A DNA stretch of 63,386 nucleotides, counting the filler, from Basidiobolus ranarum (Eukaryota), in assembly GCA_040143965.1 (NCBI GenBank). It is 46 parts of 46 records of this genome, joined end to end, with 100 filler letters (N's around TTAATTAATTAA, not from the genome) between each part and the next. Parts side by side here need not be neighbours in the genome. Positions count along the whole stretch, not along the records: positions 12,460 to 13,742 come from JASJQH010005694.1; positions 13,843 to 15,125 come from JASJQH010005695.1; positions 15,226 to 16,508 come from JASJQH010005696.1; positions 16,609 to 17,891 come from JASJQH010005697.1; positions 17,992 to 19,274 come from JASJQH010005698.1; positions 19,375 to 20,656 come from JASJQH010005699.1; positions 20,757 to 22,038 come from JASJQH010005700.1; positions 22,139 to 23,420 come from JASJQH010005701.1; 38 more parts are not named here. One strand, given 5' to 3'. Shown one piece after another: positions 12,460 to 24,124 of this stretch. Below the pieces are notes generated by a model, which searched no databases, was not told where the DNA came from, and saw only the letters and a program-made list of their open reading frames with translations. Within the stretch, counting starts at the first letter, position 1, and each line of letters opens with the position of its first letter. The position numbers were made by a program, and so were the translations under genes.

Positions 12460-12938
12460 GGAGGTGTTCCACCGCCTGACCCACCGTTTCCTCCATTGCC
12501 GCCGCCAAGGCAAACATTTACATCGGCTTTAACACCCAAAAGACTTAACTTTGCCACAATATCGTTACAAGCTCCGTTTCCGCCACCTCCATTTCCACCT
12601 CCATTGCCTCCTCCATTGCCTCCTCCATTTCCACCTCCATTACCACCACCGTTACCTCCAAGGCATATTTTAGCATCTACATTAATACCGAGAGCTTTGG
12701 CACTAGCAACCAGTTCTGGACAACTCATATTTCCAGGGTTTTTTCCGCCACCACCATTTCCACCGTTGCCAACACAGACCTTAGAATCAATATTGGCACC
12801 TAGTAGGTTTAATTTCGCGACAATTCCGCGACAATAACCATCACCCGACTTCTCTTTGTAATGTGGCGGAGCAGCTGAGGTCCCCCCTAAGGCAGCAACA
12901 GCAGAGAAAAATAAGATAGCTCTAGAAGAAAATTTCAT
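12460..12938 (-). CDS. Secreted Gly/Asn-rich protein with repeated Cys-bounded hydrophobic modules (3' truncated)
   Basis: Signal-peptide-like MKFSSRAILFFSAVAALGG; three C-x18-C modules separated by Gly/Asn linkers; CpG retained; TATAAA upstream. Confidence 0.85.
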
Positions 12939-13051
12939 ATTATAGTAAGTGTAAGGATGAACTGGTTGTTACTAGGTAGTTCAATATAATTTAACGAATG
13001 TATATGAGATAAATAGCTTGAATGATTTTTGAGTTCGAACCTGAACTCATA

Positions 13052-13057
13052 TTTATA
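13052..13057 (-). promoter_or_regulatory. Candidate TATA box of the Gly/Asn-rich gene
   Basis: TATAAA on the minus strand about 115 bp upstream of the ATG at 12938. Confidence 0.45.
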
Positions 13058-13842
13058 GCAGCAAAATATGCTCAACCCCTTGAAGTTGATGAGCCTTGGC
13101 TGTATAATCAAGGGGCGATGCAGAGTGTGAAAAACAGATGCTTAAATTTTAATTTAGTCGGCTTGAAGATTGCTTTCGCATCCATTTCTTCCCCCTTCTC
13201 CTTATTTTCAACATCATTATTTCTAACCACTTCCTGAGAAGGATCAACTAAAGTAGAATAGTGAGTCAAACAATAGATATTATTATTAGATCGTTCCAAG
13301 TAGTGTTTGACTATATGATTCATAGTACGAAAATACTGCTTAACTTAAAGGAGTTTATGCACTTTTTAATGAACATGCTGCATTGCACATTACTATTACT
13401 TCAAGTACTCTTACCGTTTTCAATAATTTATTTTATGAACCAGTGTAGATTTCCTTCCAGTAGTTTGTTTTAGGAACTAGTGTATAGTTATTCCGATTAA
13501 TTGAATTTGCAATTTGATGGTTAAATTGGTTTATTTATTGATATTTGTACTCAGTTGAATCGCTATGTGATCTCAACCAAGGATCTAAGTGTTATAATAT
13601 AATTGCCACTATATGCACCTAAATCCTAATTTCAATGCGTGGAAGGCAAACAACAGCTCTGACTTGGATCCCGAGAGCATTGATACGTGCTCTAATACCA
13701 TTACACATACGAGAATTGCCACCAGTAGCTCCATTGGATCCTNNNNNNNNNNNNNNNNNNNNNNNNNNNNNNNNNNNNNNNNNNNNTTAATTAATTAANN
13801 NNNNNNNNNNNNNNNNNNNNNNNNNNNNNNNNNNNNNNNNNN

Positions 13843-15125
13843 AAGTGGAGTTGTAATAGCTTTGTGAGATTTGACTAAGTAATGTTAACTAACTTATATG
13901 TGATATATGAAATAGGTAGCTGTATAAAGATAGAGATAACAAATATGATAAAGACAATAAACTTCAACACAACAAACCATTGTTAAACCATCAAAATCCC
14001 TGGCAGAATGCAAGCCACTGGTATTGTAATGGTTCTCAGATGGTTTTGCTATTTTGGAGGGTGGATCCAATCTGGATCAAATTGATTTTATTTTTGTCAG
14101 GGATTTAATTATTGAGGAGTGGAGAGTTCAATCCAATCTTAGCAACCAGGTGTTTATTGGTTTTCTTACACTCTTACCACAGTTAATTGGCAACTATTGC
14201 TTGCCATAGACCTGGTACTAGTGGAAAAGACTAGTCAAATGTATGACTTGTAATCCTTCCATAATTAACCTACCTTCATTTACAAATGGTTGTTTGGCAT
14301 TCACCTGGGATCTGAAAAACCTGAAGCCACAGACTGTTTGAACACAAATGGCAATCACTGAATCATGCAAATATAATTCATATTTGGCTTACATACTGTT
14401 GATTCCCCATCATAAAGTTTTGATCAGATCACCAAATATACATCTTTGATCCAACTTCAAAGTACTCACCATAAAGCTGATGGTATTAGCAGTATACTTG
14501 ATAGATATCACTACCAGAATCTGAAAAGTCAAGGTTTCTTTGAGAACATGTATGATCATGCATTTGCATAGGCTCTGGATGGCTTCTCACCAAACAAATA
14601 TTTCATTGGAAAGGCTTGCTAGCCAATAATACTAATCAACTTAAATTTTCCTCCTTCTGAATGGTATAAGAGTCATAATGTATTGATACCATCTATCATA
14701 TCTGGACCTAAATAACCAGTGCTTATAGATAGCTTCTTGGAGCCTTGAATTGTGGAATTTGAATGGTTATCTGATGGGGTTCAGATAAGTGAATGTTTTA
14801 TCAAAGCTAATATCATTGAATGTAGTGGCAACACTCCTGCCATCAGTAAACCTGAAGGTTTTTGTGGGCACAATGCACTAGCTTGCTGTAGATATGGTCA
14901 AATCAATAGAGTTTACTCTGTCAGGCATATACATTACAATTATCCAAATTCAACACTACACTCCATGATTTTACCATCAAGAGCCCAGTCAGATTTCAAC
15001 ATGATCACAGATATCAATTCAGCAAATAGTCAGTGAAAACATCAAACTTGGTATTAGCCATAAGCCTAAGATTATATTGCTAAAGAGGATCAACTGGGGC
15101 CAGATCTTCCAATTAGGAACTATGC
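13843..15125 (+). mobile_element. Nest: LTR-A piece (-, to 13969), CACTA right end (to 14102), CACTA Tnp2 transposase remnant
   Basis: LDGFS..WPI..NLPP..ISGPK.P..DSFLEPL (Transposase_21-like pattern, degraded) and GNTPAISK. Confidence 0.85.
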
Positions 15126-15225
15126 NNNNNNNNNNNNNNNNNNNNNNNNNNNNNNNNNNNNNNNNNNNNTTAATTAATTAANNNNNNNNNNNNNNNNNNN
15201 NNNNNNNNNNNNNNNNNNNNNNNNN

Positions 15226-16426
15226 AACCAGATATTTTTGTGGATCCTGAGCACCCTGAGGACATGTGTAAGCTACAAAAAGCACTGTATGGACTTGAAC
15301 AATCACTCGGGCCTGGTACACTAAGATAGATACATACTTGGAATCACTTAATTTCCAAAAGATTATGGTGGATTTTGGGATACACTTTAAGACAGATAAG
15401 GATGGTAAGGTGATACTTGCCTTATATGTAGATGATCTGATTATAGCTACCAATAATGATGAAGCTCTCAGGAACACCAAAGGAGATCTATCAGTCCAAT
15501 TCAAGATGACCAATTTAGGTGAACTTACGTATTTTTTAGATCTGCAGATCTATACAGCTATATTGCGTAAATGTATTACTCTGGATCAATCTAAATACAT
15601 CTCAGACATGCTCAGACGTTACAGGATGGAGAATTGCAAGCCAGTAGCAACTCCAATGGATCCAGGTGTGAAACTGGTCAAAAATCCCATCCAAATTGAT
15701 GAAAATTGGCCAAATAAGGCTCAAAATATGTCATTTGAAAGCCCTGAGTTCCCTTATCAATCTATGGTAGGTAGTTTGATCTATGCTATGACTGGAACCC
15801 AACCAGATATCTCTTTTGCAGTGGGAGTAGTCAGCCAACATGTGCAAAATCCAGGATCTGAGCATTATGCAGCAGTTAAGCGGATTTTCAGATATTTGAA
15901 GGGGACAATTGATCTGGGATTAAGATACACATATTCTTATGAGAATAAGGATCTAATTGGGTTTAGTGATGCAGATTGGGGATGTGATATTGAGGACAGA
16001 AGATCTATCACTGGATATACCTTTCTCTACAGTGAAGCAGCCATATCTTGGAATAGCAAGAAACAACCCACCATAGCACTTTCAACAACTGAAGCAGAAT
16101 ACATGGCAGCATCACATACAACAAAGGAGGCTATGTGGTTAAGGAAACTGTTCAAAGACTTGGGCATTATTCAAAGTTCACCCACCATAATTTTCAAGGA
16201 TAATCAAAGTTGCATTTCTTTAGCTAAAAATCCTAAATTTCATGCTAGAAGTAAGCACATTGATATTCAACATCACTTTGTTAGGGAAGCTATTGAGAAT
16301 AAGCATGTCCAACTACAGTACTGTCCAACTGAGGACATGATTGCTGACATCCTTACCAAACCATTACCCAAGCCTAAATTTGAAGAATTAAGATTTAAGT
16401 TAGGATTAAGATATATGAATATTTAG
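15226..16426 (+). CDS. Copia-A reverse transcriptase-RNase H (long open frame)
   Basis: LALYVDDLII, YQSMVGSLIY, SDADW, STTEAEY, SKHIDIQHHFVRE, ADILTKPL. Confidence 0.95.
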
Positions 16427-16428
16427 TT

Positions 16429-16508
16429 GAGTGGGAGTGTTGAAGTTTATTGTCTTTATCATATTTATTATCTCTATCTTTATACACCTAACTATTTCAT
16501 ATATCACA
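16429..16508 (+). repeat. PPT (GAGTGGGAG) and start of 3' LTR-A at 16438
   Basis: Immediately follows the pol stop codon; links LTR-A to this pol. Confidence 0.9.
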
Positions 16509-16608
16509 NNNNNNNNNNNNNNNNNNNNNNNNNNNNNNNNNNNNNNNNNNNNTTAATTAATTAANNNNNNNNNNNNNNNNNNNNNNNNNNNNNNNNNNNN
16601 NNNNNNNN

Positions 16609-17139
16609 AAATACAAGAGCTTATTCTCATTGTGAATGGTAACAATAGTCAGCTATTTGCCAAGTGTCAGTGCTATTCAAAATTTCAGATGTTTGGCAAT
16701 TTTTCCACCATTTGCTTGCTGGTAAAGCATATTGATGTTGTTGAGTTATGTCTGATCAGTTAAGAATGTGCATACATGGAGACTAAATATAACAAGATTC
16801 TTGTATTTTTGGATTCTCATTATGGCTGGAATACAAAGCCTAAAATATCTAAATAATGGCATGCATATTAAATCAAATTTCTACAGCAGTAAATCAAGTA
16901 ATTTGTTATTTGAAAATTAGATTTTTGCAAAAATTGCCGGATATTGACTAATGCATGACAAATTTGAAGATCAAAATTTTAACATGTGGGAATACCATCA
17001 AAATACCATCAAGAAACCACCATTACATCATCAAAATCCCTGGCAGAATGCAAGCCACCAACTTTGTGATGGCTCTGACAGTTTTGCAATTTGGAGGGTG
17101 GATCCAATCCAGATCAAATCACTTTTACTTTTGTTAGGG
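16609..17139 (+). mobile_element. CACTA transposase C-terminus and right end, inserted in copia-A RNase H
   Basis: Ends TTTGTTAGGG; flank 17140-17230 is the reverse complement of about 15945-16030. Confidence 0.85.
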
Positions 17140-17238
17140 TATAGAGAAAAGTATAACCAGTCATAGATCTTCTGTCCTCAATATCACATCCCCAATCTGC
17201 TTCACTAAGCCCAATTAGATCCTTATTCTGACAAAAAT

Positions 17239-17891
17239 TGTTGAAATTAGCATTGTCTAAACACCTATATATTCATATATAACTTAGTACTTGGTTATCT
17301 TATAACTCACTAAGATATTATGAATTATTCTCAATTGGAACTTACTTAGAATATTTTTATCAACTTAGAAGTTCTCAGATATATAGATTTTTCAAACTTG
17401 TGCTAGAATCCCCAAACTTTTCACACATGTTCCTGGGACCTTCCTTAACATATTCTACATGTTAGTTTGCTTACATCTTGACAAAACTATAAATGTCAAC
17501 TTTTGACTCAATAAATCAACAGGTGAAAACCACCTGTACCTCTAATTCTCCAAATCACTTCAACAGGCTCCCAAATGCTTTAACAGGCTATGAGCCCCAA
17601 GCTTGCACTCTCTGTAATGTCTACTTCTCAAATTTATGGAACTTTTCCCTCTTCTGAAAAATTGGAAGGAACCAATTAGCAAGTTTGGAAAATTAAACCA
17701 AAATGCTCCTGCAAGAAAAAGGACCTTGGGACACTGTTGTAGGAGAAGAAAACAATGTAAAACAATCTGAAACCAAAGTTTTATTCCAGGTTAAAAAAGA
17801 AAAAAGTGCCTTTAATACAATTTGTCTTAATGTTAAAGACAAATTGCTAATTCAATGTTCAAGAGCTAAAACTGCCAAGAAGGTATGGAAA
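17239..17891 (+). mobile_element. Copia-B 5' end: LTR-B (17239-17585, TGTT...AACA), PBS GGCTATGAGCCCC, gag remnant
   Basis: LTR matches about 26690-27037, 38171-38486, 45387-45495 and 59363-59588; gag EKLEG..WK.K..LLQEK..WD. Confidence 0.85.
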
Positions 17892-17991
17892 NNNNNNNNN
17901 NNNNNNNNNNNNNNNNNNNNNNNNNNNNNNNNNNNTTAATTAATTAANNNNNNNNNNNNNNNNNNNNNNNNNNNNNNNNNNNNNNNNNNNN

Positions 17992-19274
17992 TGCTGGGCT
18001 TGAACAATGGTGACAATCTTTGGATGGAGCAAATCACAAAATCACAGATTATTGTGATCACAAGAATCTTCAGTATTTTAGTACAACTAAAGTTCTCAAC
18101 CATCATCAAGCAAGATGGTCATTATTTCTTGCCAGTTTTGATTTTGTGATTACATATCAACCAGGTAGCCAGCAAGGAAAACCCAATGCCTTATCACACA
18201 GAGCAGAGTATCAGCCTAAAGAAGGGGATGAGGCCTTTGGCCAACAAAATACTTCCTTACTGAAGCCCCACCAACTTCAAATTAGTGCAACTGCCCTTTC
18301 TCTGCCTAGTTCAAGCACATTCCATGAAGACATCCGCAAACTTCAATCTGAAGACCCATTGGTAATATCAATCAAGAAAGCCCAGGAAACACCCAAAGAC
18401 CTCTCAAGCTTGAACTTGTACCGCCATTTCTCTATCATCAATGATCTCTTGTTTTATAAGAAGCACCTTTACATTCCAGACCACACTTCCAGACTCAAAA
18501 TCATGCAGGAAAGACATGACTCACCACTAGCAGGACACTTTGGTGTTGCCAAATCATATATGTTGGCATCCAGGGATTATTGGTGGCCCAAAATGTTTGC
18601 ATTTGTTAAGACTTATGTTTCCACCTGTGATACTTGTGCTTGAGTGAAGACTCCAAGACATCAGCCCTATGGCCTCCTACAGCCACTTCCAATTCCTGAT
18701 CAGCAGTGGAAATCCATATCCCTGGATTTCATAACTGATCTACCCTTGTCTGCCAAATATGATTCAATTCTGGTAATTGTTGACCATCTAACAAAGATGG
18801 CCCACTTTGTGCCCTGCAACAAGTCAATTGATGCAAAACAAACAGCAGAATTGGTAACTCAAAACATCTTCTGCCTACATAGCCTCCCTGAAACTATCAT
18901 CTCTGACCAAGAACCTCAGTTTGCTTCCAAATTCTGGAAAAGTCTCCTCCATATCTTGGTATCTCTGCCAATCTCTCCACTGCCTTCCACTCCCAATCTG
19001 ATGGCCAAACAGAAAGAGTCAATCAAGTTTTTGAACAATATTTGCAATGCACTATCAACTATAATCAGGATAATTGGACACAACTCTTGCCTCTTGCCAA
19101 ATTTGCTTACAACAACTCTTATCATACCTCAACAAAACAAACTCCCTTCTTTGCAAATTATGGATTCCATCCTTGTTTCACTATTCACCCACCATTCAAT
19201 CTACCTTGCCCTGCTGCCTCAGACCATGCCACTTACCTTAAGGACATCATAAACAATTAATATCGTCAAAAGTC
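17992..19274 (+). pseudogene. Tf1/sushi-like gypsy RNase H-integrase
   Basis: [52 protein letters not shown]; internal TGA at 18641-18643 and a frameshift. Confidence 0.93.
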
Positions 19275-19376
19275 NNNNNNNNNNNNNNNNNNNNNNNNNN
19301 NNNNNNNNNNNNNNNNNNTTAATTAATTAANNNNNNNNNNNNNNNNNNNNNNNNNNNNNNNNNNNNNNNNNNNNTA

Positions 19377-19541
19377 TGTATGATCCCATATGGCCCTGGA
19401 TCCGAATATAACACAATCATCCCTGCTACCGAAAATATGATTAAGAATGGACTTCGCAGTAGTGTGGCACTGCCCATGAAGCCAGCAAGTGGCTATAAGG
19501 CTCCATTTACCATGAATCCTTTTGAGAATATTGACTACTAG
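19377..19541 (+). CDS. Possible 3' end of an unknown host gene
   Basis: Frame open from the contig edge for 54 codons (CMIPYGPGSEY...FENIDY*); CpG-containing unique sequence; no family recognised. Confidence 0.35.
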   Translation, partial: CMIPYGPGSEYNTIIPATENMIKNGLRSSVALPMKPASGYKAPFTMNPFENIDY

Positions 19542-20756
19542 ATGACACGCTTACTGTATTACACGCTTACTGTATTATATCACTTACAACAATGTTAGTG
19601 CGTGTAATTTCCAAACCCATATTAATTGCTAAATAAATTTAAAATGTTACATTCACGCTGTCTCTCTCTGGTGTAGTTTATCTCTAAACTGCTCATGGTC
19701 AGTGTTGCAGGATAGTGGCCTTCATGTGGCAATTCCCAACTAGTTATCTCGAAATAAAAATCCAGGGTGAAGAACTTAATTTTGGTTTTGTTTGCCTGTA
19801 ATGAGCACAACAAGCGGGTCTGATTCATGAGTTTTACCAGTGCTCTTAATGCATCAAAATAAACAGTAAAAAATCAAGCGTATTGATATTTCGCATCAAT
19901 CAATTGCAAACAAACATCGAGATACCATACTATTAGTCACGGTTCGTAAATGGTAACTTTTTCCGTCTCCATGGCTACCTATCCATTACTACCGTTGCGA
20001 TCTTTCCCATTGCCATTGTTATTTTTGTTACCATTTCCATCGTTGTGGTCTCAGTCATTGTCATTTGTTTGGACAAGGCGCAAGTTACTCTTGTTCTAGG
20101 TCATGACAAGGGAAATGATCTTCGAGGCTACTTTCGGTTTACATCGCCATTCAAATACTGAGAGGTTAATGAGCGGATCTATATAGTTTATCTATTCCAA
20201 CCAGAACAATGTGTAACTCTGCTCTATATATCTACACCGGCTACACTAGCCCTATTTCTGTTCATCCAATAGAAATCTTCTAGCAAGATCTGGACCATTC
20301 GCTGAATTACAGTACGTATCTTGCATTGATCTATCACTTCAATACACACAGTTGATCTATCAGCTTGGAACAGAGAGTCGATCTATCAGCTAAGTACACA
20401 AAGGTAATCGATCGGTCTTGTGTTCGATATCGATTTCTCTTTTCGCATCTTTTGGCAAATCTACGAAATTTGTGTTGTGCACCATTCCACCCTATGGATG
20501 CTTCAGTTTACAGAAGAGCATTGCGGCCGCGCAAGCATTTTTGTCGGATTAATAGATTTAGCCGGTACAAAAGAATTTTCGGTTCACAAATATGCTTTCC
20601 GTGGGTAAGCGTGTGGGAGGGAGGTAGGGTACTAGAATATTCTATTAGCAAACAACNNNNNNNNNNNNNNNNNNNNNNNNNNNNNNNNNNNNNNNNNNNN
20701 TTAATTAATTAANNNNNNNNNNNNNNNNNNNNNNNNNNNNNNNNNNNNNNNNNNNN

Positions 20757-22038
20757 AATCAACTCTTTTGTTCGCTCCTTCACCATCTTCTCCAACTCGA
20801 TTCTTAGCTTTCCGAGTTCCAGATGAGTGTGTACTCGTGCAACAAGCTCTTTCGCACCAAATGGTTTGACCAAGTAATCATCAGCCCCAGCATTCAGTCC
20901 ATCCACACGTGCCTCTTCACCGGCCTGAGCACTCAAGAGTATTACTGGAATGAGCTTCGTAAGAGGCTGTGTACGCAATATTTTCAGCAAGCCAAACCCA
21001 TCCACATTTGGCATCATTACATCGCTCACAATTAGATCTGGTGGATCAGCTATTGCCATTTGGTACGCTTCCTCTCCATCGGATGCTTCAGTAATTTTCC
21101 ACCACTTATCAAGGATACTTTTAACGTATTTCCGCATATCTACGTTGTCATCCACTAACAGTATTCTACAACCACGACTCACCACTGGGAAAGTAATTGA
21201 GCCACCAGCATTGGATTCTGTACTGGATGTGTTCGAAACATATTCCGTAGTATCCTCATCTGATAAAGGAAGCCAGTTACGTGCCTCCTCAATAAATGAA
21301 CGGCCATACAAGCATGGGCGATCCGTACTTGATTCATCATCCTCGTCTGCACATGCCTCCATCAGTCGATCTTTTGGCAAATGAGCATTCCCTAGTGGAA
21401 TTTGCACCGAGAATGTACTGAAATAATCGTTTGCTGTTAGTCATTGGATACACAATATGCTGTCCATACTCCCCCCTCACAGGACATATCTCTAACTCTG
21501 TTTCGCACTCACCTTCCTTTTCCGAACTCACTTGCAACTTCAACACTACCTCCATGCAATTTCGCCAGCTCTTGTGTCAAAGCAAGTCCGATCCCTGTTC
21601 CTTCGTGGCTACGGCCTAGTCGTCCTTCTACTCGATGGAACCGCTCGAATACCCTTGATAGCTCATGCGTGGGTATTCCATTGCCAGTGTCTGACACTGA
21701 TAGCACAATGCTACTCTGGTCAGCAGATGGCTGAAGCGAGACTGTGATCGATCCTTTCAGAGTGAACTTGAATGCATTCCTAAACAAAATAGTGCGTCTT
21801 AGTTGCTACACTCGCTTATCAAACATCTCTCTCATTCCCTCATTCATCCATTGCTATACAACTTACCCTATCAAATTAAACACAATCTTCTCCCACATGT
21901 CGCGATCAACCCATGCTGTGCAGTCAGTTTCCTCGCACTTCACTTCGAACTTGACTCCTCCTTTCTCAATGGCTGAGCGAAACATGCTTGCAAGATCCGC
22001 TGTGAACTTGGCTAAATTGGTTTCTTGGAATGTAGCCT
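20757..22038 (-). CDS. Hybrid sensor histidine kinase fragment (HATPase_c, receiver, coiled coil); introns 21780-21866 and 21418-21512
   Basis: N box FNLIG/NAFKFT, G1 DTGNGI, F box FERFHR, G2 GTGIGL, GKG/STF; receiver LLVDDN..DVMMP..KPF; both GT-AG introns restore the frame. Confidence 0.93.
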
Positions 22039-22138
22039 NNNNNNNNNNNNNNNNNNNNNNNNNNNNNNNNNNNNNNNNNNNNTTAATTAATTAANNNNNN
22101 NNNNNNNNNNNNNNNNNNNNNNNNNNNNNNNNNNNNNN

Positions 22139-23420
22139 TTGATCCATAGTTCTCTGAGATTTTAGCCAATCATTTGCAACTATTTTGCGAGATCTTGAAA
22201 TTTCACTCCTGAAACTGAAAAAATTGATTAAAATCAAATCTAACTTGACAATTTTATGACGGTAAGTAAACGATCAATCCCAAATGGATTAAAATTGTCA
22301 TGGTTTTCCTACAATAACAATCCTCAAATTTCTGTTAGGGCAACCTGTCAGTGGGTAGCAATGCTACACCACTACAATGACCACTTTCAAGCTCAGAAGT
22401 GATTAAATCTACTCAGAATCATGACCTGATTACTTCTTATATATGTGGGCTCATCAAAAAGGTCTCACTAGGTGGCAAAAGGTAAGTTATGACCTCTATT
22501 GATGACAAAACAAGATATTTTTGAATATTCATTTTTAAATCAAGATCTGAAGCCTTAGTACATTCTGGTGCTACAAACCAACAATAGCAAAAGAATCAGC
22601 ACCAAAATTGAGGGCACTTAGGGGTGACCATGGTTGAGAATACTACTTCAAAGATTCTGGCTGGCTTTGCTATAATAATGGTATATACCAACAAAGTATT
22701 GTTCTTAAAGATGCACAGCAAAATGGATTGCAGAATATGCTAACAGGCCCATACTAGAAATGGCCAGATCAATGTTATAAAATCTAAAGTTTTTTTATCT
22801 ACATTGTGCTGAATCTGTCTCCACTACATTCAATATCATAGATAGATCCCTAACAAGATTGCTACATAGTTCTACTCCATTACAGCTGTATATAGATCAA
22901 AACCAAGCATGGACCATCTCAAGATTGTGTGTTGCACATCATTGTGCCTAATACCAACTCAAAAAGGCTCCAAATTGGAGCCCAAAAGCAGTAATTGCAT
23001 TTAAGTTGGTTATTGGGATGTATATAAGGCCTATTGACTGTTTGTTACCAAAAAATGGAAGTTTATTAAGTAGAGAGATGTGATTGCGGATGAAAAAAGC
23101 CAATTCTCATCTCAAGTCACAGTTCTTGATCCAGAAAGTTCAATTGGCTCTGTTCAGGAAGTGACTGACAAAATTGCAGTATATTCTGTTCCCAATTCAT
23201 TGAAAATTCCAGCCCCAATTTTACTAAAGGATAAATCCTGACTTCAAAGATCATCTAAAAGGAGCAATAGGCTAGGGTACTGGTATAACCCTTGCAATGA
23301 GGATGTCTATACTTTTGCACCATTCTGTGATCAGCAATAGACTATAGACCAAGCTCTGAAGTGTCCAGACTCAATACTCTGGGAAAAAGCAATACCTGTT
23401 GTGTTTTCTTCCCTTCAGAA
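22139..23420. mobile_element. Triple nest: CACTA left end (to 22340) in LTR-C tip (22341-22376) in copia integrase remnant
   Basis: TTTCTGTTAGGG terminus; the 36 bp reverse-match the LTR-C start; degraded integrase follows. Confidence 0.8.
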
Positions 23421-23520
23421 NNNNNNNNNNNNNNNNNNNNNNNNNNNNNNNNNNNNNNNNNNNNTTAATTAATTAANNNNNNNNNNNNNNNNNNNNNNNN
23501 NNNNNNNNNNNNNNNNNNNN

Positions 23521-24124
23521 TATATGGCCAGAATGATGTATATAGAAATGCAACTTTGGTTAAACCAGCAAGTCTAGACAACTTTAAGGACTTGCTGCTA
23601 GATGCTGACCTTGGTTATTCCAGTACTGATGGTAGTATATCAGAAGTTGAAAAAGAAGCCAATGGTTTTGTTATGGACTCTTTGTTGTTCGCAAACATTA
23701 GTTCACTCATAATACTTATTGTAAAGGAAGCAGCTTTGACTATTGAGGAGTGGAGAGTTCAATCTAATCTTAGCAACTGGGTGTTTATTGGTTTTCTTAC
23801 ACTTTTACCACAGTAGATTGGCAACTGTAGCTTGCCACAGACCTGCTACAAGTGGAAAACACTTGTCAATTGTATGACTTATAATCCTTCAGTAATTAAA
23901 CTACCTTCATGTCCAAATGGTTGTTTGGCTTTCACCAGTGATCTGAAAAACCTGAAGTCATGTACTGTTTGCACACAATTGGCAATCACTGAATCAGGTA
24001 AATATTGTTCATATTTGGCTTACATACCATTGATTCCCCATCTTAAAGTTTTGATGAAATCACCCAAATATAGATCATTGATCCAATACCAAAGTACTCA
24101 CTGTAAAGCTGATGGTATTACTGA
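23521..24124 (+). pseudogene. CACTA transposase N-terminal region
   Basis: SCPNGCLAF..SCTVC..YIPLIPHLK; homologous to 61381-62012. Confidence 0.8.

Noticed and set aside
12496-12837. Proline-rich ORF on the + strand
   Set aside because: Antisense shadow of the Gly-rich gene; non-ATG start, no signal peptide.
18641-18646. Programmed stop readthrough or alternative genetic code in gypsy pol
   Set aside because: In-frame TGAs fall at expected Arg (CGA) positions and fit CpG decay; host genes read normally.
20757-22038. Bacterial contaminant contig
   Set aside because: Two GT-AG introns must be spliced to restore the kinase boxes.
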